A stretch of 64,000 nucleotides of DNA from Eledone cirrhosa (taxonomy: Eukaryota). Shown in pieces: positions 53,975 through 64,000 of this stretch; position 1 is the stretch's first letter, and each line of letters opens with the position of its first letter. The notes under the pieces were generated by a model. It was given only the letters and a program-made list of their open reading frames with translations, was not told where the DNA came from and ran no database searches. The position numbers were made by a program, and so were the translations under genes. Location: NCBI GenBank assembly GCA_964016885.1, contig OZ024746.1, positions 14,074,001 to 14,138,000 of the forward strand, written 5' to 3'.

Positions 53975-56900
53975 TATTTAACGATATGACTATCTTTATG
54001 TAAGGATATGACTGTCTATCTCTCTTTATGTAACGATATGACTATCTATCTATCTTTATGTAACGATATGACTGTCTATCTTGTCTATCTTTCTTTATGT
54101 AACGATATACCTGTCTATCTCTCTTTATGTAACGATATGACTGTCTATCTCTCTTTATGTAACGATATGCCTGTCTATCTCTCTTTATGTAACGATATGC
54201 CTGTCTATCTCTCTTTATGTAACGATATGACTGTCTATCTCGCTTTATGTAACGATATGACTGTCTATCTCTCTTTATGTAACGATATGACTGTCTATCT
54301 CTCTTTATGTAACGATATGACTGTCTATCTCTCTTTATGTAACGATATGACTGTCTATCTCTCTTTATGTAACGATATGACTGTCTATCTCTCTTTATGT
54401 AACGATATGACTTTCTATCTCTCTTCATGTAAAGATATGACTGTCTATCTATCTTTATGTAACGATATGACTGTCTATCTATCTTTATGTAACGATATGA
54501 CTGTCTATCTATCTTTATGTAACGATATGACTGTCTATCTTTCTTTATGTAACGATATGCTTGTCTATCTCTCTTTATGTAACGATATGACTGTCTATCT
54601 CGCTTTATGTAACGATATGACTGTCTATCTCTCTTTATGTAACGATATGACTGTCTATCTCTCTTTATGTAACGATATGACTGTCTATCTATCTTTATGT
54701 AACGATATGACTGTCTATCTCTCTTTATGTAACGATATGACTGTCTATCTCTCTTTATGTAACGATATGACTTTCTATCTCTCTTCATGTAAAGATATGA
54801 CTGTCTATCTATCTTTATGTAACGATATGACTGTCTATCTATCTTTATGTAACGATATGACTGTCTATCTATCTTTATGTAACGATATGACTGTCAATCT
54901 CTCTTTATGTAACGATATGACTGTCTATGTCTCTTCATGTAAAGATATGACTGTCTATCTTGTCTATCTTTCTTTATGTAACGATATGCCTGTCTATCTC
55001 TCTTTATGTAACGATATGACTGTCTATCTCGCTTTATGTAACGATATGACTGTCTATCTCTCTTTATGTAACGATATGACTGTCTATCTATCTTTATGTA
55101 ACGATATGACTGTCTATCTATCTTTATGTAACGATATGACTGTCAATCTCTCTTTATGTAACGATATGACTGTCTATCTCTCTTCATGTAAAGATATGAC
55201 TGTCTATCTTGTCTATCTTTCTTTATGTAACGATATGCCTGTCTATCTCTCTTTATGTAACGATATGACTGTCTATCTCGCTTTATGTAACGATATGACT
55301 GTCTATCTATCTTTATGTAACGATATGACTGTCTATCTATCTTTATGTAACGATATGACTGTCTATCTATCTTTATGTAACGATATGCCTGTCTATCTCT
55401 CTTTATGTAACGATATGACTGTCTATCTCTCTTTATGTAACAATATGACTGTCTATCTCTCTTTATGTAACTATATGACTTTCTATCTCTCTTCATGTAA
55501 ATATATGACTGTCTATCTCTCTTTATGTAACGATATGACTGTCTATCTATCTTTATGTAACGATATGACTGTCTATCTGTCTTTATGTAACGATATGACT
55601 GTCTATCTCTCTTTATGTAAATATATGACTGTCTATCTTTCTTTATGTAAAGATATGACTGTCTATTTCTCTTTATGTAACGATATGACTGTTTATCTCT
55701 CTTTATTTAACGATATGACTGTCTATCTCTCTTTATGTAACTATATGACTATCTATCTCTCTTTATGTAACGATATGACTGTCTATCTCTCTTTATGTAA
55801 AGATATGACTGTCTATCTCTCTTTATGTAAAGATATGACTGTCTATCTCTCTTTATGTAACGATATGACTGTCTATCTATCTTTATGTAACGATATGACT
55901 GTCTATCTCTCTTTATGTAACGATATGACTGTCAATCTCTCTTTATGTAACGATATGACTGTCTATCTCTCTTCATGTAAAGATATGACTGTCTATCTTG
56001 TCTATCTTTCTTTATGTAACGATATGCCTGTCTATCTCTCTTTATGTAACGATATGACTGTCTATCTCTCTTTATGTAAGGATATGACTGTCTATCTATC
56101 TTTATGTAACGATATGACTGTCTATCTATCTTTATGTAACGATATGACTGTCTATCTCGCTTTATATAACGATATGACTGTCTATCTCTCTTTATGTAAC
56201 GATATGACTGTCTATCTCTCTTCATGTAAAGATATGACTGTCTATCTTTCTTTATGTAACGATATGCCTGTCTATCTCTCTTTATGTAACGATATGACTG
56301 TCTATCTCGCTTTATGTAACGATATGACTGTCTATCTCTCTTTCTGTAACGATATGACTGTCTATCTCTCTTTATGTAACAATATGACTGTCTATCTCTC
56401 TTTATGTAACTATATGACTTTCTATCTCTCTTCATGTAAAGATATGACTGTCTATCTCTCTTTATGTAACGATACGACTGTCTATATATCTTTATGTAAC
56501 GATATGACTGTCTATCTCTCTTTATGTAATGATATGACTGTCTATCTATCTTTATGTAACGATATGACTGTCTATCTGTCTTTATGTAACGATATGACTG
56601 TCTATCTCTCTTTATGTAAAGATATGACCGTCTATCTTTGTTTATGTAAAGATATGACTGTCTATTTCTCTTTATGTAACGATATGACTGTTTATCTCTC
56701 TTTATTTAACGATATGACTGTCTATCTCTCTTTATGTAACTATATGACTGTCTATCTCTCTTTATGTAAAGATATGACTGTCTATCTCTCATTATGTAAC
56801 GATATGACTATCTATCTGTCTTTATGTAACGATATAACTGTCTATCTCTCTTTATGTAACTATAGGACATTCTATCTCTCTTTATGTAACGATATGACTG

Positions 56901-59900
56901 TCTATCTCTCTTTATGTAACGATATGACTGTCTATCTATCTTTATGTAACGATATGACTGTCTATCTCTCTTTATGTAACGATATGACTGTCAATCTCTC
57001 TTTATGTAACGATATGACTGTCTATCTCTCTTCATGTAAAGATATGACTGTCTATCTTGTCTATCTTTCTTTATGTAACGATATGCCTGTCTATCTCTCT
57101 TTATGTAACGATATGACTGTCTATCTCTCTTTATGTAAAGATATGACTGTCTATCTTTGTTTATGTAAAGATATGACTGTCTATTTCTCTTTATGTAACG
57201 ATATGACAGTTTATCTCTCTTTATTTAACGATATGACTGTCTATCTCTCTTTATGTAACTATATGACTGTCTATCTCTCTTTATGTAAAGATATGACTGT
57301 CTATCTCTCATTATGTAACGATATGACTATCTATCTGTCTTTATGTAACGATATAACTGTCTATCTCTCTTTATGTAACGATAGGACATTCTATCTCTCT
57401 TTATGTAACGATATGACTGTCTATCTCTCTTTATGTAAAGATATGACTGTCTATTTCTCTTTATGTAACGATATGACTGTCTATCTCTCTTTATGTAATG
57501 ATATGACTGTCTATCTCTCTTTATGTAACAATATGACTGTCTATCTCTCTTTATGTAACTATATGACTTTCTATCTCTCTTCATGTAAAGATATGACTGT
57601 CTATCTCTCTTTATGTAACGATATGACTGTCTATCTCTCTTTATGTAACGATATGACTGTCTATCTCTCTTTATGTAACGATATGACTGTCAATCTCTCT
57701 TTATGTAACGATATGACTGTCTATCTCTCTTCATGTAAAGATATGACTGTCTATCTTGTCTATCTTTCTTTATGTAACGATATGCCTGTCTGTCTCTCTT
57801 TATGTAACGATATGACTGTCTATCTCGCTTTTTTTAACGATATGACTGTCTATCTCTCTTTATGTAACGATATGACTGTCTATCTCTCTTTATGTAACAA
57901 TATGACTTTCTATCTCTCTTCGTGTAAAGATATGACTGTCTATCTCTCTTTATGTAACGATATGACTGTCTATCTATCTTTATGTAACGATATGACTGTC
58001 TATCTCTCTTTATGTAACGATATGACTGTCTATCTATCTTTATGTAATGATATGACTGTCTATCTATCTTTATGTAACGATATGACTGTCTATCTGTCTT
58101 TATGTTACGATATGACTGTCTATCTCTCTTTATGTAAAGATATGACTGTCTATCTTTCTTTATGTAAAGATATGACTGTCTATTTCTCTTTATGTAACGA
58201 TATGACTGTTTATCTCTCTTTATTTAACGATATGACTTTCTATCTCTCTTTATTTAACTATATGGCAGTCTATCTCTCTTTATGTAAAGATATGACTGTC
58301 TATCTCTCTTTATGTAACGATATGACATTCTATCTCTCTTTATGTAAATATATGACTGTCTATCTCTCTTTATGTAAAGATATGACTGTCTATCTCTCTT
58401 TATGTAACGATATGACTGTCTATCTCTCTTTATGTAATGATATGACTGTCTATCTCTCTTTATGTAACGATATGACTGTTTATCTCTCTTCATGTAAAGA
58501 TATGACTGTCTATCTATCTTTATGTAACGATATGACTGTCTATCTCTCTTTATGTAACGATATCACATTCTATCTATCTTTACGTAACGATATGACTATC
58601 TATCTATCTTTATGTAACGATATGACTGTCTATCTTTCTTTATGTAACGATATGACATTCTATCTCTCTTTATGTAACTATATGACTGTCTATCTATCTT
58701 TATGTAACGATATGACTGTCTATCTCTCTTTATGTAACGATATGACTGTCTATCTATCTTTATGTAACTATATGACTGTCTATCTATCTTTATGTAACGA
58801 TATGACTGTCTATCTCTCTTTATGTAAAGATATGACTGTCTATCTCTCTTTATGTAAAGATATGATTGTCTATCTCTCTTTATGTAACAATATGACTGTC
58901 TATATCTCTTTATGTAACAATATGACTGTCTATATCTCTTTATGTAACGATATCACTATCTATCTCTCTTTATGTAACGATATGACTGCCTTTCTCTCTT
59001 TATGTAACGATATGACTGCCTATCTCTCTTTATGTAACGATATGACTGTCTATCTCTCTTTATGTAACGATATGACTGCCTTTCTCTCTTTATGTAACGA
59101 TATGACTGCCTATCTCTCTTTATGTAACGATATGACTGTCTATCTCGCTTTATGTAACGATATGACTGCCTATCTATCTTTATGTAAAGATATGATTGTC
59201 TATCTCTCTTTATGTAACGATATGACTGTCTATCTCTCTTCATGTAAAGATATGACTGTCTATCTCTCTTTATGTAACGATATGACTGTCTATCTATCTT
59301 TATGTAACGATACGACTGTCTATCTCGCTTTATCTAACGATATGACTGTTTAACTATCTTTATGTAACGATATGACTGTCTATCTCTCTTCATGTAAAGA
59401 TATGACTGTCTATCTTGTCTATCTTTCTTTATGTAATGATATGAATGTCTATCTCTCTTCATGTAAAGGTATGACTGTCTATCTCTCTTTATGTAACGAT
59501 ATGACTGCCTATCAATCTTTATGTAACGATATGACTGCCTATCTCTCTTTATGTAACAATATGACTGTCTATCTCTCTTTATGTAACTATATGACTTTCT
59601 ATCTCTCTTCATGTAAAGATATGACTGTCTATCTCTCTTTATGTAACGATATGACTGTCTATCTATCTTTATGTAACGATATGACTGTCTATCTCTCTTT
59701 ATGTAACGATATGACTGTCAATCTCTCTTTATGTAACGATATGACTGTCTATCTCTCTTCATGTAAAGATATGACTGTCTATCTTGTCTATCTTTCTTTA
59801 TGTAACGATATGCCTGTCTGTCTCTCTTTATGTAACGATATGACTGTCTATCTCGCTTTTTTTAACGATATGACTGTCTATCTCTCTTTATGTAACGATA

Positions 59901-61860
59901 TGACTGTCTATCTCTCTTTATGTAACAATATGACTTTCTATCTCTCTTCGTGTAAAGATATGACTGTCTATCTCTCTTTATGTAACGATATGACTGTCTA
60001 TCTATCTTTATGTAACGATATGACTGTCTATCTCTCTTTATGTAACGATATGACTGTCTATCTATCTTTATGTAATGATATGACTGTCTATCTATCTTTA
60101 TGTAACTATATGACTGTCTATCTGTCTTTATGTTACGATATGACTGTCTATCTCTCTTTATGTAAAGATATGACTGTCTATCTTTCTTTATGTAAAGATA
60201 TGACTGTCTATTTCTCTTTATGTAACGATATGACTGTTTATCTCTCTTTATTTAACGATATGACTTTCTATCTCTCTTTATTTAACTATATGGCAGTCTA
60301 TCTCTCTTTATGTAAAGATATGACTGTCTATCTCTCTTTATGTAACGATATGACATTCTATCTCTCTTTATGTAAATATATGACTGTCTATCTCTCTTTA
60401 TGTAAAGATATGACTGTCTATCTCTCTTTATGTAACGATATGACTGTCTATCTCTCTTTATGTAATGATATGACTGTCTATCTCTCTTTATGTAACGATA
60501 TGACTGTTTATCTCTCTTCATGTAAAGATATGACTGTCTATCTATCTTTATGTAACGATATGACTGTCTATCTCTCTTTATGTAACGATATCACATTCTA
60601 TCTATCTTTACGTAACGATATGACTATCTATCTATCTTTATGTAACGATATGACTGTCTATCTTTCTTTATGTAACGATATGACATTCTATCTCTCTTTA
60701 TGTAACTATATGACTGTCTATCTATCTTTATGTAACGATATGACTGTCTATCTCTCTTTATGTAACGATATGACTGTCTATCTATCTTTATGTAACTATA
60801 TGACTGTCTATCTATCTTTATGTAACGATATGACTGTCTATCTCTCTTTATGTAAAGATATGACTGTCTATCTCTCTTTATGTAAAGATATGATTGTCTA
60901 TCTCTCTTTATGTAACAATATGACTGTCTATATCTCTTTATGTAACAATATGACTGTCTATATCTCTTTATGTAACGATATCACTATCTATCTCTCTTTA
61001 TGTAACGATATGACTGCCTTTCTCTCTTTATGTAACGATATGACTGCCTATCTCTCTTTATGTAACGATATGACTGTCTATCTCTCTTTATGTAACGATA
61101 TGACTGCCTTTCTCTCTTTATGTAACGATATGACTGCCTATCTCTCTTTATGTAACGATATGACTGTCTATCTCGCTTTATGTAACGATATGACTGCCTA
61201 TCTATCTTTATGTAAAGATATGATTGTCTATCTCTCTTTATGTAACGATATGACTGTCTATCTCTCTTCATGTAAAGATATGACTGTCTATCTCTCTTTA
61301 TGTAACGATATGACTGTCTATCTATCTTTATGTAACGATACGACTGTCTATCTCGCTTTATCTAACGATATGACTGTTTAACTATCTTTATGTAACGATA
61401 TGACTGTCTATCTCTCTTCATGTAAAGATATGACTGTCTATCTTGTCTATCTTTCTTTATGTAATGATATGAATGTCTATCTCTCTTCATGTAAAGGTAT
61501 GACTGTCTATCTCTCTTTATGTAACGATATGACTGCCTATCAATCTTTATGTAACGATATGACTGCCTATCTCTCTTTATGTAACGATATGACTGTCTAT
61601 CTATCTTTATGTAACGATATGACTATCTTTATGTAAAGATATGACTGTCTATTTCTCTTTATGTAACGATATGACTATCTCTCTCTCTTTATGTAACGAT
61701 ATGACTGCCTATCTCTCTTTATGTAACGATATGACTTTCTATCTCTCTTTATGTAACGATATGACTGTCTATCTCTCTTTATGTAACGATATGACTGTCT
61801 ATCTATCTTTATGTAACGATATGACTGTCTATCTCTCTTTATGTAACGATATGACTGTCT
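53975..61860 (+). repeat. 30-bp minisatellite, roughly 260 units (ATGACTGTCTATCTCTCTTTATGTAACGAT)
   Basis: Read directly. It includes 39-bp variant units, and degenerate lead-in units lie at about 53557-53645. Confidence 0.98.
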
Positions 61861-61942
61861 AAAATAACTTTAACTGAACACTTCTAAATATATGCATGAT
61901 AGCAATAAGCTCTTAATAAAGACATTATTAGTAAGTATACGA

Positions 61943-62195
61943 GGGCAGTAGATTGACAGTATCAGTAGAGCGTCAGACAACATACTTTGCGACATATAGT
62001 TACCGTTCTACCTTCGGTGGATTGGCAGTATCGGTAGAGTGTCGGACGCCATGCTTTCCAGCATAGTTACGTCCCTTTACGGTCTCACTTCAAATCCCGT
62101 GGAGGTTAACTTTGCCTTTCATCCGTACGGGGTCGATAAAATAAAGTACCAGTAATGAACTGGTAATTGCTGGCGTTGTGCCAAAAGTAGAAACA
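61943..62195 (+). mobile_element. Composite SINE: diverged head (61943-62010) + young copy (62015-62195)
   Basis: A single direct repeat ATTATTAGTAAGTAT at 61924-61938 and 62196-62210 brackets both parts. Confidence 0.85.
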
Positions 62196-63480
62196 ATTAT
62201 TAGTAAGTATTGACATCACGCATTGACGTCATATAAAAGATATTCAAGGTGCTATTCACAGATAAAACAACACTCTTTTGACAAAGTTCGATATATATTT
62301 CGATATATATATATAAAAGATAGGGAAATGGTGTTATTACAAAATATATAATTTCCACTTCAAATATTTATATTCAGCGCAAACCTTATAAATGACACAA
62401 GAGTGAGTATAACAAGAGAGGCGTATGTAGAAAATGAAATGATGTAACTCCATCTCTAATGTTATATAATTTTTTTTATTGTTTTCTCTAGTACTGTTTG
62501 TGTATTTCATATCGGATATTGTTGCATGAAAACTGACGTCTAATTAAACCAACAGAATATACTACTGTATCGAAAAACTCACTTCACTTGCCGAGTGAGG
62601 AAATACATTGAGCTCTAAAATTCTGGCGAAACATTTACCTAGAGTATTTGTTCCTGTTAATATATACGTCTATATGTCGTGTAAGAGTATGAGAGCATTG
62701 TATATGTGTCCTGGTTGACGTATACATTTCATATAAATGATTGTGTTGTTGATACTGTAACCACATACGCTTCTCTATTGTCTTTGTATAAGATATGAAT
62801 GTCTCTAATTTAATCCTTTTGTCATATAAACCTACATAGTTGTATCTATGAAGGAAATTAACATTATGAAATATAAAACGCGCCACTGAATCTAATTTTC
62901 TGTCAGATTTACTTATAGAAGTTATTGGTACTATGTAATATTTATAACGGTGTTATACATTATTAGATATTTCAGGGTTCTGATTTCGTCTGGAACACTA
63001 TATTAACCTGAAGCAGGGAGAGAAAACAACAGACATTGAATTAATAAAGTTGTGTAACGCTCAACTCAGCATCAGTATTGTTTTGTTTCTAGAAAATTCA
63101 GTTTCAGTAATTTTCTTTATGATTACAAATTTATTTGCTGCTTTTCCGAAAATGTTTACCTGCAAGTTTTTGATAGCAAAGTACTTGATTAATTTTTCAT
63201 TCGTGGAATAATAGAATCTGAATTATCAGAAAAGTGATAAGTAGAAAGAAATGAAAAACAAGGAAATAAAACAAGGCTAATATTGTAAAATTATAATCCG
63301 TTAGAAATGACAAATACAATTAGTGAAGCATTTTCAGTGGCTTCTATCAGAACAAAAGATTACTAAATGATATTCTTAAAACTGAGATAATCCTATATAA
63401 TATAATAAATATAATTATCCTCACGGAAAAAAAAAATGCGGGAATCAGTATGAATTTATGAAATTTCAAATAATAAGTCT

Positions 63481-63535
<55 letters not shown>

Positions 63536-63537
<2 letters not shown>

Positions 63538-63712
63538 AAAAAGTATGACCCCGACGGCAGAGCTCAAGCCGTTTCGACGGCTAGTCTAGAAATAGCCGTC
63601 GAAACGGCTTGAGCTCTGCCGTCGGGGTCATACTTTTTCCCACTCTACTACCCTAAGTATTGAGTACTCTGGTGCGTTATGGTCCATCTGGTTCCTTACC
63701 ACAATTCCTTTG

Positions 63713-63715
<3 letters not shown>
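63536..63715 (-). mobile_element. Family B foldback (variant subfamily)
   Basis: 48-bp perfect arms at 63536-63583 and 63593-63640. The tail 63641-63715 is the reverse complement of the 28034 tail. TA lies on both sides. Confidence 0.88.
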
Positions 63716-63779
<64 letters not shown>

Positions 63780-64000
63780 TATGTATACGTACATACATAT
63801 ATGTATACAGACGTACAGTAGTATGTATATATATACATACATGCACACATATATATATGTACGTATGGATTTACCGAACATTTATTATAATGCTCGGTGT
63901 GTTTGTAAACAAACATTCCGTTTATCGTTTTCGGTGCGCCCGGCCGATTAACTCACTCGATATGCAAATTAGGCTGCTCAGCCGTTAATATGCATAAGGA

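Noticed and set aside
54008-61381. 1781-aa and 669-aa Cys-containing repeat ORFs (MTVYLSLCND)n
   Set aside because: The 30-bp unit simply has no stop in this frame, and few single changes can create one. There is no unique N- or C-terminal domain, SINEs sit immediately upstream, and the 9-bp indels are explained by slippage on TGTCTATCT.
53975-61860. Possible CRISPR-like array
   Set aside because: The units are contiguous with no unique spacers, and the context is eukaryotic.

Overview
AT-rich, repeat-dense, apparently non-coding animal DNA (intergenic or intronic). The SINE types and microsatellite load resemble an octopus/cephalopod genome (inference from memory, not a search). No intact host gene was recognised. 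Contents: four 3' fragments of an L1/Tx1-type LINE sitting in (CTAT)/(CT) repeats, two RTE-type LINE ends, an internally deleted Chapaev3-like DNA transposon, about a dozen copies of a tRNA-headed Nin/Deu-domain-like SINE, a 14/27-bp minisatellite, and a ~7.9-kb 30-bp minisatellite that produces the spurious 1781-aa ORF. The most interesting signal is about seven unrelated sequence families of Penelope-like (PLE) terminal-repeat insertions, nearly all embedded in (TA)n. Most have the form tail + inverted arm + truncated sense arm, giving near-perfect foldbacks. Several carry recognisable type I hammerhead ribozyme folds, including a U3-A8 compensatory core variant and a greatly enlarged stem II. 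All alignments and folds were done by eye, so boundaries are approximate to a few bases.
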